In this document: positions 45,257 to 54,300 of the stretch, piece by piece | Layout of the letters: each line of letters starts with the position of its first letter | How positions within the stretch are numbered: the first letter of the stretch is position 1 | NCBI GenBank assembly: GCA_026693085.1 | Contig: JAPLNB010000316.1 | Location: 21,474-85,473 of the forward strand | Length of the DNA stretch: 64,000 nucleotides | From: Planctomycetota bacterium | Lineage (GTDB): Bacteria > Planctomycetota > Phycisphaerae > Tepidisphaerales > Tepidisphaeraceae | Direction of reading: 5' to 3' | The notes under the pieces: generated by a model | Seen by the model: only the letters and a program-made list of their open reading frames with translations | Told to the model about the DNA's origin: nothing | Database searches by the model: none | Position numbers and translations under genes: made by a program

Positions 45257-46822
45257 TCAGATCGCCGGCGCCAACTCAGTCTTCAGCGAAATGCTCGCCG
45301 TCAGCGCATCCAGCTGCGAATGCGGCAGCAGATGTATGACGCAACTGTAACTGCCGGCCTTGCCCGGCATCTCACGCACGCGCACAGCCGCCTCGCGCAG
45401 GGGAAAACGCGCTCGGGATTCGGCGCTGGGCTGTCCGGCGGCCACGTAGTTGATCAGCCAGTTGTTCAGGAAACTCTCCAGCTCTGTCGCTTCGGAGAAC
45501 GCGCCCACCTTGTCGCGCGCCAGCACCTTGAGGTAGTGGGCGAACCGAGATGCACACAGGATGTACTGCAGCATCGCAGAGATCCGCGCGTTGGCCGTGG
45601 CTATCGGCTTGTCGTAGAGCTTCGGCTTCTGCACAGACTGGTTGCTGTAGAAGACACAGAACTTGGTGTCCATGCAGTGGCAGAGGGGGATGAACCCGAG
45701 ATCGGCCAAGTCCTTCTCGCGCAGATCCCCGATCGCGGTTTCCACAGGGAAGCGCACGGCGACGTTGGGCAGATCGGTGTGTAATGCGGGAACGGTCAGG
45801 CTGCTCACCAAGCCTTGCCCCAGGACATCGCGATCGAAGCCGCGGATATCAGCCAGCCATCCGCACTGGCCAAAGGCTCGGATCAGCACGCCGCCGAAGG
45901 ACCACGCAGCGCTGCCCCAGAGGTAGCTCGATCGGCCATCAGTCTCCTCGTGGAAGCGGAAACCATCCGCCCGCGAACCGTCGTCGGCATAGGGCAGGCG
46001 CATCAGGATGCGAGGCACGGTGAGGCCCACGAAGCGAGAGTCATCGCTGTCTCGCAGCGTTTGCCAACCTCTTGCCTTCGACTCCAGACCTGCGGCATCG
46101 ACGGGGCGTTCGAGCTGCGTAAAGTCTTCCAGCCCGAGCAGATGCGGGTCTGCCGCGGCGATGAACGGCGAGAACGCCGCCGCCGCCACCTGCGCTATCT
46201 GCTGGAGCACATTCACATCGTCCCGGTGGTCTTCGCCGGGAGCTCCGACAAAGTAGTCGCCGATGAGCACGCTGAATGGAATGCCCCCTGGGGTGGCGAA
46301 TTCTTCGCTGTAGACCAGCCGGAAGAAGTGTGTCTGGTCAAACTCGATCGTTTCCGCCTCGGCCAAGTCCTTTTCAAGTTCCTTCCAAGCCACGTTCAGG
46401 ATCCGAATGCGGACATTCTCTTCGCGATAGGCCTGCTGAACCAGGAACCGTAAACCGCGCCACGAAGCCTCCAGACGCTGAAAACGCTCGTGGTGCAGAA
46501 TGGCGTTAAGCTGACGGCTGATCATCGCGTCGAGAGTGGCGATCTGGCGGCCTAGGAAGCAAGATATTGCCTGGGCAAAGCGAGATTCTCGCCCAGAAAT
46601 CGGGGCTGCCCATCCGGCCGGTGCCACGCCAAGCCGCGCAATCTCGGTCAGCATCGTCGCCCACAGGTCCGGCTGGCCGAAGGCCGCCTGGATGACTTGG
46701 CCGAGCAGATTGCTGTCCGCAGGAGCAAGGTCCGAATCGGAAGCCTCGACGGCACCCGGCCCGGTCGCCGCTGGCTGGGTCAGCCCATGCACCGCCGTCT
46801 TGCTTTCATCCAGCCTGGACAT
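45257..46822 (-). CDS. Second TssC-family sheath paralog (ImpD / TssC40-like)
   Basis: 521 aa, collinear with TssC: 'RLEASWRGLRFLV', 'FSVLIGDYF', 'DSRFVGLTVPRILMRLPY', 'GFIPLCH'. It diverges from the neighbouring tssC. Confidence 0.85.
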   Translation of the reverse strand: MSRLDESKTAVHGLTQPAATGPGAVEASDSDLAPADSNLLGQVIQAAFGQPDLWATMLTEIARLGVAPAGWAAPISGRESRFAQAISCFLGRQIATLDAMISRQLNAILHHERFQRLEASWRGLRFLVQQAYREENVRIRILNVAWKELEKDLAEAETIEFDQTHFFRLVYSEEFATPGGIPFSVLIGDYFVGAPGEDHRDDVNVLQQIAQVAAAAFSPFIAAADPHLLGLEDFTQLERPVDAAGLESKARGWQTLRDSDDSRFVGLTVPRILMRLPYADDGSRADGFRFHEETDGRSSYLWGSAAWSFGGVLIRAFGQCGWLADIRGFDRDVLGQGLVSSLTVPALHTDLPNVAVRFPVETAIGDLREKDLADLGFIPLCHCMDTKFCVFYSNQSVQKPKLYDKPIATANARISAMLQYILCASRFAHYLKVLARDKVGAFSEATELESFLNNWLINYVAAGQPSAESRARFPLREAAVRVREMPGKAGSYSCVIHLLPHSQLDALTASISLKTELAPAI

Positions 46823-46874
46823 AACAGACCCGACCTCCCGTAATGGATCGCTCTTTGCTACTGCGGCTGCCGGC

Positions 46875-48377
46875 TCACTTGGCCGCGGCCGGCAGTTTCG
46901 CCACCAGCCGCAGAGAGGTTGATAACTCCTCCATCTGCAGCCAGGGTCTCAGCCACGCCACTGCGTTGTACGATCCAGGTGAGCCGGGAATCTCGTGGAC
47001 ATCGATCCTCGCCTCGGCCAGCGGATATCGGGCTTTCATCTCAGGCGTGGGCTTCGCGTCGGCATTCACATAGGTCGCGATCCAGCGCCTCATGAAGTCC
47101 TGGCAGTCGCTGGCCTCCATGAATGAGCCGATCTTGTCCCGGGCGATCACCTTGAGGAAGTGGGCAATGCGGGACATGGCCATGATGTAGGGCAGCCGCG
47201 CCGAGATCTGCGCGTTGTCGGTGGCATTGGTGTTGTCGTACTTCTTCGGCTTCTGCGTCGTCTGCGCCCCGACAAACACAGCGTAGTCCGTGTTCTTATA
47301 GTGGCAGAGAGGCAGGAAGCCCAACTTGCTCAGCTCGCCCTCGCGCCGCTCGGTCAACGCGATTTCGGTCGGGCACTTTAAGTCCAGGTCGCCGTCTTCG
47401 GTCAGGAACGTGTGAAGGGGCAGCCCCTCGACTTTCCCGCCGCCCTCGGCGCCACGGATGGCGGTGCACCAGCCGTAGAGCGAATAGGCCGTGGTGAGGC
47501 GCTGCACCATCGCGTATGCGGCGTTCATCCAGCAGTAGTGATCATGAGGCACCGGCTTGGATTGGCCCGAGGCATCCAGCTCCGTTTCCTCGAAGTTGAA
47601 CTCCTCCACCTGCTTGCTGTTGGCGCCGTAGGGATCGCGGGCTATGACACGTGGCATGACCAGCGTGACGAACCGGGAGTCCTCCGAGTCGCGGAACGAC
47701 CGCCACTTAGTATACTCTTTTGACTGGAAGATCTGTTCCATGTCACGAGGTTTGGCCAGTTCGGTGTACGACTTCATGCCGAACATCTTCGGCGAGGCAG
47801 CGGAGATGAACGGGCAGAATGCCCCGGCGGCGATTCCGGCCATCTTGGTCAGCACCTCGATATCCTCTGGGTGGTTGCTGAACTCGTAGTCGCCGACCAG
47901 CGCCCCGTATGGCTCGCCGCCGAACATCCCGTACTGGTCCTCGTAGAGCTTCTTGAACATCTGACTCTGGTCGAACTCTTCGGCCTTCTCCAGGTCCTTG
48001 GCCAAGTCCTGCTTCGAGACGTTAAGGACCTTGATCTTGAGCTGGCTACTCGTCTCGCTGTTATAGACAAGGTACCGAAAGCCGCGCCAGGTGCCTTCCA
48101 GCTTCTGGAACTCCGGCGCGTGCATGATGACCGCCAGTTGCTTAGACAACATCTCGTCAACGGCGGCAATGGCTTTCTTCAGTGTGCGGTTAACATTCTT
48201 GTCCCATGTGGCAATGCCCTTAAGAGCCGCATCAGCCAAGGCTTCCATCATCTCCTTCACCCGGTCCGGCGGGGTCTGGGGAGTCGCTATGATAGCCTCG
48301 TCCAACAAGCTCCGTGAGGCGGATTGGGTCTGGGCGACAGCCGATGTCTGTTCTTTTTTTGCCTCTGCCATGGTCAC
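46875..48377 (-). CDS. tssC: T6SS sheath large subunit TssC (VipB)
   Basis: 500 aa. '[13 protein letters not shown]', '[10 protein letters not shown]', '[18 protein letters not shown]', '[16 protein letters not shown]', '[18 protein letters not shown]'. Overlaps or abuts the tssB stop. Confidence 0.9.
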   Translation of the reverse strand: MTMAEAKKEQTSAVAQTQSASRSLLDEAIIATPQTPPDRVKEMMEALADAALKGIATWDKNVNRTLKKAIAAVDEMLSKQLAVIMHAPEFQKLEGTWRGFRYLVYNSETSSQLKIKVLNVSKQDLAKDLEKAEEFDQSQMFKKLYEDQYGMFGGEPYGALVGDYEFSNHPEDIEVLTKMAGIAAGAFCPFISAASPKMFGMKSYTELAKPRDMEQIFQSKEYTKWRSFRDSEDSRFVTLVMPRVIARDPYGANSKQVEEFNFEETELDASGQSKPVPHDHYCWMNAAYAMVQRLTTAYSLYGWCTAIRGAEGGGKVEGLPLHTFLTEDGDLDLKCPTEIALTERREGELSKLGFLPLCHYKNTDYAVFVGAQTTQKPKKYDNTNATDNAQISARLPYIMAMSRIAHFLKVIARDKIGSFMEASDCQDFMRRWIATYVNADAKPTPEMKARYPLAEARIDVHEIPGSPGSYNAVAWLRPWLQMEELSTSLRLVAKLPAAAK

Positions 48378-48892
48378 TTACCGTCCTTTCCCTCGCCCTG
48401 GTCCTTCATCAGTTCTTTGAGCTTGTCGCGCCCTTCGGTCGTTTCGAGGGTCTTTTCCAGAACCTGCTCCAGGTTCCCCGAGACGTCCACCTTTGCCTGG
48501 AGGTCCCGCAGCTTTTCCCGCATCTCCAGAAGCCTGCGCAGCGGCTCGACCTGCCTGGCAACATTGGCCGGCTCGAAGTCCGCCATCGAGCGGAAACTCA
48601 GCTCGACCCCCAATTCGGTGCCGTCGTTTTTCAGCGTGTTGGCGACCCGGAGGTTGACCCCGGGAGTCATTTTGGCCATCACGCTATCGAAGTTGTCGCG
48701 GTTGATCTCGACAAACTTGCGCTCGCCAAGGGGTTTGAGCGGCTCGGTGGGGTTTCCCGAGAAGTCCCCGATCACACCGACCACGAACGGCAACTCCTTC
48801 TGGACCACGGCACCTTCGGTTTCTACTTCGTAACTGATCTTCACCCTGGGTGGGCGGACCCGCTTCAGCTTTTCATGATACGATTCAGCCAT
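48374..48892 (-). CDS. tssB: T6SS sheath small subunit TssB (VipA)
   Basis: '[31 protein letters not shown]' is the TssB signature. GGGAGA lies 7 nt before ATG 48892. Confidence 0.9.
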   Translation of the reverse strand: MAESYHEKLKRVRPPRVKISYEVETEGAVVQKELPFVVGVIGDFSGNPTEPLKPLGERKFVEINRDNFDSVMAKMTPGVNLRVANTLKNDGTELGVELSFRSMADFEPANVARQVEPLRRLLEMREKLRDLQAKVDVSGNLEQVLEKTLETTEGRDKLKELMKDQGEGKDGK

Positions 48893-48955
48893 AATTCGTC
48901 TCCCATTGCACAAAACCCGTCGGCGCTCCGCAAACGAATGTCGTTATGCCGACGG

Positions 48956-50107
48956 TTAGGATTGACTTTCTTTCTCGCTCTCCGCTGCGGCCGGCTTGAC
49001 CCGGATGCCCAGCCACTCGAATCGCTCGCGGCCGGCTCCATCGGGGATCATCTCCACGAGGAGGTCCGGCAATTCCATATGGCCCCAACGCACCACTTGC
49101 TCCAGCGCGTAGCCGATGGGACTGTGCGGCTCGTTCTGCCGAAAGAACGCCGCGATCTGCTGGAGACTCCTGATCGCATCCTCGCGGTCACCGAGACAGC
49201 CGGCCCCGTCCGGGAGCATCGATGGTCCCTGACGCGAGCCCGTCACAGCGTGCGGCAGGGCCTGCGGGGAAGCGCTGACGGCCAGCTTGTCTTTCGCGAT
49301 TGACTTGACCCCATCGAGGCACTCTTCCAGCGAATCGCGGAGTTGGGTCAGGGCGGGGGCCAGCGGCCTGCCCTCGGCGTCACTGCCGCATTTCGTCTCC
49401 AGCAATTCGCCGAGCCGCGCCAACTCATCCTGTGAGCCCTGCAGGTCGGCCACGAGATCCCGGTAGAAGGCGGCCGGCGTCGCCTGGACCGCCCGCATGA
49501 ATACATCCATGCCGACACCGCCGTCCTCCTGCTGGCGGCGCTTCTGGTCGGGGTCGGTGATTCGCTCGAGCCGCACGGCCTGCTGATAGTGGAACCAGCC
49601 CAGCCGCGTGTCTTCCCCAGCCGCGGCCATGGGCACGACCCTAAGAACCGTGGGCAGAGACCTGTTCAGGCCGGCCAGGTTCGCCAAGCGTTTGTCGGCC
49701 CCCGCACTATCGCGCGAGGGGTACAACTCATCCCAGTATTGCTCGATCAGTTCCCGCGCCAGCCGCAAGCCGTCGCGCAGTCCCGTGAACCCGTGCATCC
49801 GGACCAGCCCTTCGATCAACCACGCCACAACATCCAGATCCTTGGACTTCTCGCAGAGCACTCGCGTCGCCTTCTCGATGACGGCACGCCAATCCGGCTG
49901 CGTGAAGGAATCCGCGCCTGACTCCCCCTCGGCGGGAACCTCCAGCTTGCGCTCCATCTCGCGGTTCTTTCTCCGCAAGTCCCGCAGTTCCTCGTAGGGG
50001 GAGGTTGGCGAGGTGTCCTGGCGCAGGTCCGTCCCGCAACGAGCCGCCCCGGGAATCGGGGCCAGTATCGACGCGAAATTCAATACTTCTGGATTTGCCA
50101 TGGACAC
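48956..50107 (-). CDS. tssA: T6SS protein TssA (ImpA N-terminal domain family)
   Basis: 'ILAPIPGAARCGTDLRQDTSPTSPYEELRDLR' is the ImpA_N motif. First gene of the tssABC block. Start is GTG 50107 or ATG 50101. Confidence 0.85.
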   Translation of the reverse strand: MSMANPEVLNFASILAPIPGAARCGTDLRQDTSPTSPYEELRDLRRKNREMERKLEVPAEGESGADSFTQPDWRAVIEKATRVLCEKSKDLDVVAWLIEGLVRMHGFTGLRDGLRLARELIEQYWDELYPSRDSAGADKRLANLAGLNRSLPTVLRVVPMAAAGEDTRLGWFHYQQAVRLERITDPDQKRRQQEDGGVGMDVFMRAVQATPAAFYRDLVADLQGSQDELARLGELLETKCGSDAEGRPLAPALTQLRDSLEECLDGVKSIAKDKLAVSASPQALPHAVTGSRQGPSMLPDGAGCLGDREDAIRSLQQIAAFFRQNEPHSPIGYALEQVVRWGHMELPDLLVEMIPDGAGRERFEWLGIRVKPAAAESEKESQS

Positions 50108-50226
50108 CAGTCACTCAGGATCGATTCTACAAAACAGCCACACCCACGCATTTGCTGTACGGCTATCGATTGCCACTGTACCGGCCGGCAGCGATCGCAG
50201 CAAGCCAATTTCTCTTGGCCGACTCC

Positions 50227-50970
50227 TCATTCGTCTCCAACACCCAGCAGGCGTAGTGCATGCGCCAACCGCTTCAGGGTCCGGGCGTGCAACCGGCTCG
50301 CCCAGGCCTTGCTCACCCCTATACGTCGTCCGGCTTCGGTCAGGGTCACGCCCTCGAAATAGGCCGCCCGGATCAGCGTCCCAGCTTCCGCCGGCAACCC
50401 GTCGATCAGTTCCATGAGCTTCTGGCCGATCTCACGATCAATGGCCCGCTGGGGAGGCTCTGCGCAGTCCGTCATCGCCGGGTTGGCCATCGTCCTCGAC
50501 AAGGCCTCGTCGCTGGCCAAATAGGCGATCGAAAACGTGGCGACCGTCTCGCTCAGCCACCGCACACCGTCCTCCCTGCGCGCCGCCGAGTCATCGTCTG
50601 CCGCACTCTGAACCTCCAGCAATTCGCTGGCCCGCTGCTCGTATCGTGCCGCGTGGTACTCCCACCGGCTGAACCAGGACATCTTCGACAGCCCGTCGAA
50701 AATGGCCCCTCGGATCCGGTAATATGCGTAGGTCGTGAACTGGCCGCCGCGAGAGGGATCGAAATCCCGCGCCGCCTGCGCCAGCCCGACCTGCCCGTAG
50801 GCGACCAGGTCGTCCAAGTCCACGTGAGGCGGCAGCTTGCAATGAATCTTCCAGGCCAGCGACTTCACTATCCCCTGGTGGGTCTCTATCAGATCTTGGG
50901 AAGCCCTGGCCGCCCGCAACGTGACCGTGCCACCGCCTGTGGTCGAAGATTTCTCGGCTTCACCCATCAT
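50227..50970 (-). CDS. RNA polymerase sigma factor, group 3 (FliA/WhiG, sigma-28-like)
   Basis: Region 2: 'DLDDLVAYGQVGLAQAARDFDPSRGGQFTTYAYYRIRGAIFDGL'. Region 4 HTH: 'VTLTEAGRRIGVSKAWASRLHARTLKRL'. The ATGATG at 50965-50970 overlaps the TGA of the upstream ORF. Confidence 0.8.
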   Translation of the reverse strand: MMGEAEKSSTTGGGTVTLRAARASQDLIETHQGIVKSLAWKIHCKLPPHVDLDDLVAYGQVGLAQAARDFDPSRGGQFTTYAYYRIRGAIFDGLSKMSWFSRWEYHAARYEQRASELLEVQSAADDDSAARREDGVRWLSETVATFSIAYLASDEALSRTMANPAMTDCAEPPQRAIDREIGQKLMELIDGLPAEAGTLIRAAYFEGVTLTEAGRRIGVSKAWASRLHARTLKRLAHALRLLGVGDE

Positions 50971-51346
50971 CGGACTCGCAGAACCGCTGCCACAGGGATT
51001 CGAGCCGGCTGTGACAAACCGGATCTTCACAAAGCGTCGCCGCGACGGCCTCGGATAGGCCGCGCCAGTGGTCCCTGTCCCCTTCTCTCACGCGGAAGAA
51101 CGCACACGCCACCTCCAGGACCAGTTCGACTGCCACCGGGTTCAAGCCGAACGGCTTCCCGCGGTATCGCCGGGCTACGCGGATCACGGCCCGATCCTCC
51201 TCCGACCAGCAATCCGCGCCCGGCGGGAGCAGCGCCTCCTGGATGACCCGCTCCACCACCGCCTGCCTGGTCTCGCCCGGAGTTGCCGACGAAGGAGCCC
51301 CGGGTGCCTTCCCGCCCCGCCTCTCCGGCCGCGGCACCTGGTTCAT
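50960..51346 (-). CDS. Hypothetical 128-aa protein translationally coupled to the sigma factor
   Basis: The ATG is preceded by GGGAGG at 7 nt and lies 19 nt after the tpsA TGA. Its stop overlaps the sigma ATG (ATGATGGGTGA). The Cys/His-containing tail 'LCEDPVCHSRLESLWQRFC' has no assigned family. Confidence 0.5.
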   Translation of the reverse strand: MNQVPRPERRGGKAPGAPSSATPGETRQAVVERVIQEALLPPGADCWSEEDRAVIRVARRYRGKPFGLNPVAVELVLEVACAFFRVREGDRDHWRGLSEAVAATLCEDPVCHSRLESLWQRFCESDDG

Positions 51347-51364
51347 AGTCTGGCCTCCCGCGTT

Positions 51365-54300
51365 TCAAGGCTTTGGGCTGCCGCTCATGATGGCGGCCTT
51401 CAGTTCGTCCACCCGCCGGCCCTGCGGCCTTATCTCGTCGTTCAGCAGGATCGCGTCAACTTTCTTTGTTTCCGCCGGCGACAGGCCCAGGGCCTGCAGG
51501 CTGTTAAACAGGTCCCGCAGCGAGTTGAGGTACGTCGCAGCGTCCCTAAGTTCCTCCTTCTGTTCGACAAAGACCCTGAACTCGGCACCCAGCTTCTCCT
51601 TGCTACGATCGGGGTCGTACGCCCGCACCGCCTTCTCCATCGCAGCACGGATCTTCGGCTTCTGGTTCTCTGCCTTGCTGTCCGCGTCGGTGATGCCCAG
51701 GAAGGTCTTCTTGTACTTGGCCAGGAACTCCTCCACGACATCGTTGGCCAGACGGTCTGCGGTGACCCCTTCGGTCGCCTCGGAGCCCGTGCTGCCGGGG
51801 GTGTCATCTATCCGCTTGACACCGGTGGTCAGGTACTCGATCAGGTTCGCCGCCGCCAACTCCCGGACAGTGATGCCGATCTGCCAGAGCAGGCGGCTGG
51901 CATCGCTGGCGATGCCGCCGGACTGCATCGTGACCGGCTCCGCGTGCGGCACAGCACCGGCGATCACCGAAGCGATGTTGACGTTTGCGGGACCCTCGGG
52001 TTGGACATCAAACGGGCTGGACTTGGTCAGGCCGGTCTTGAGGTATGCCAGGGCGGCACTGCTGAGCTTGTAGCCCGTGCCTTTGGCGGCGCTCGCCGCG
52101 GAACCAGCACCGATGAAGTCGCCAAAACGCGGCACTGTGAAACCTTTTGAACCACTATCACCCGCAGTGGACACGCTGCCATCAAACGTCAGGATGCCGC
52201 CCGCCACGAAATCCACGCCAAGATCAGCGTCCTTCTGGATTCCGTCGCCCTGTGCAAAGTACAAAGGCCCTTTCGGCCGCAGCATCAGCCGGATCTCATT
52301 GGCGCGGACGGTCACATTCTCCATCGCGATGAGATCTCCGATCGTCGCCGTCGTGGAGGCGTTGATTTCCAGGCTGCCGCCGTCGATCCGGCCGTCCTTT
52401 TGTTCGTTTAAAGTGCCGGCAGCGGCGAGTTTCTGGTATGTGCCCATTTCGACGCTGTTGCCCTCAATGAGATACGTGGCACCCTTGGGCACTTCGGCAA
52501 CGATCGTCGCATTCGCCGGGATCGCTGACAGCGCCTCGCCCAGCTTGATACTGCCACCTGCCTTGATCTGTTCGCCCTGCAGCGTGATCAGGCCGGCAGC
52601 CAGATCGTCCTTGACCGTCGTGTCGGCGTGGAACTCGATATTCCCACCGACGTCCATGTTTGATACGGTGATCTTCATCGCCTCCATGACAAGGCTGCTT
52701 CCCCCAACCTGATCAGTCACCTCTCCCACAATCGTGATATCCGCGTCCGTGCTGCTCAGCGTCACATCTGCTCCAAGAGTCACGGTTCCGCGGTACATCT
52801 GATGCCCGCCCGTCCTGACCGATCCTCCGTTAATCCGCGTCGTGCCGCCCACCTCCAGGAACTCCAGGGGCGTCGCGCTCCCCACTGCTTTATCCAGCGT
52901 GGTGTTCCCGCGCAATGTCAGGCTCTCCGCGCCGGCCACTGTGCCATCCGTGGTCGATCTGAACTCAACAATCGACCCGCTCAGCGTGGTATCCTGTGTC
53001 AGAACAACGGCGTCGCCATATTCCTGTTCTTCCTTCGTCGTGATCGACCCACCCTTGATCACCGTCGTGCCGGCAGCATCTGTCAACAGGCGCAACAGCG
53101 CCGTCTTCTTGCCGACCGCCTCAAAGAACGTAGTCATCCCGGTGGCATTCACCGTCAGGGCGGATCCGCCATCCACCGTAGACACGAACGTCACCGCCGA
53201 CCCGTTCAACGTCGTGTTCGTTCCCAGAGTCACCGCGTCGTTGTATGTCTGGCCGCCGCTCGTCTTCACCGATCCGCCGTTGATGGCCGTCGTGCCAGCA
53301 GTATCCGTCAGCAGACTCGCCAGTGCCGAGGTGCTTCCCACCGCCCCGCCAAACGTCGTCCGGCCAGCGTTGACCGCCAGACTCTTCCCGCCATCCACCG
53401 TCGATGCGAACGCCACGGCCGGCCCCTTAAGCGTCGTATTCGCCCCCAGCGTCACCGGACCACTGTACTGCTGATACCCGTCCCCAGGAACCGCCGCATT
53501 GCTTGTGGCCACCGAACCGCCATTGATCCCGCTCGTCCCGTTCACCGTCAGGAACTGCAACGCCTTCCCATTGCCCACCGGGCCGCCAAACACCACGTTC
53601 CCAACTACCGCCAGGCTCTCCGTCCCCACTCCCGTCCCATTCACCGTGCTCCCGAACGTGATCGGGCTGCCCGTCAACGTCGTGTCCACGCCCAGCGTCA
53701 CCGCGTTCCCGTAGTTCTGGAAGCCATTGGTCGCGATGGCCGCCGTCCCGATCGTCGTCGTCCCCGCCCCGTTCACCGTCAGGTTGTTCACCGTCGTGAA
53801 TGCGTCGCCCAGCGTCAAAAGCCCGGAACCGGTCAGGATCAGATTCTTCCCGCCGCCTGTTACCGCGCCCAGCGTTAACGCCGTACCGCTAAGCGTCGTG
53901 TCCACGCTCAGCGTCACCGCGTTTCCGTAGTTCTGGAAGCCATTGGTCGTGATGGCCGCTGTCCCGATTGTCGTCGTCCCCGCCCCGTTCACCGTCAGGT
54001 TGTTCACCGTCGTGAATGCGTCGCCCAGTGTCAAAAGCCCGGAACCGGTCAGGATCAGATTCTTCCCGCCGCCCGTTACCGCGCCCAGCGTCAACGCCGT
54101 ACCGCTAAGCGTCGCATCCGCCCCCAGCGTCACCGGACCACTGTACTGCTGATACCCGTCCCCAGGAACCGCCGCATTGCTTGTGGCCACCGAACCGCCG
54201 TTGATCCCGCTCGTCCCGTTCACCGTCAGGAACTGCAACGCCTTCCCATTGCCCATCGGGCCGCCAAACACCACGTTCCCAACTACCGCCAGGCTCTCCG

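Noticed and set aside
50204-50219. A shared operator motif among operon-leading regions: GCCAA-N6-TTGGC here, CAATTG pairs at 20624 and 20668, and CACCAAT-N4-ATTGGTG at 62331-62348.
   Set aside because: The half-sites, spacing and length differ between the three sites, and each is short enough to occur by chance. No consistent consensus could be derived by eye.
50108-50226. Sigma-54 or sigma-28 promoter upstream of tssA. The minus strand reads ...GTGGCAATCGATAGCCGTACAGC...
   Set aside because: The GG and GC elements are separated by 9 nt rather than 10, and the -12 box reads TAGC rather than TTGC. No TAAA-N15-GCCGATAA-like pair was found. The evidence is too weak to call.
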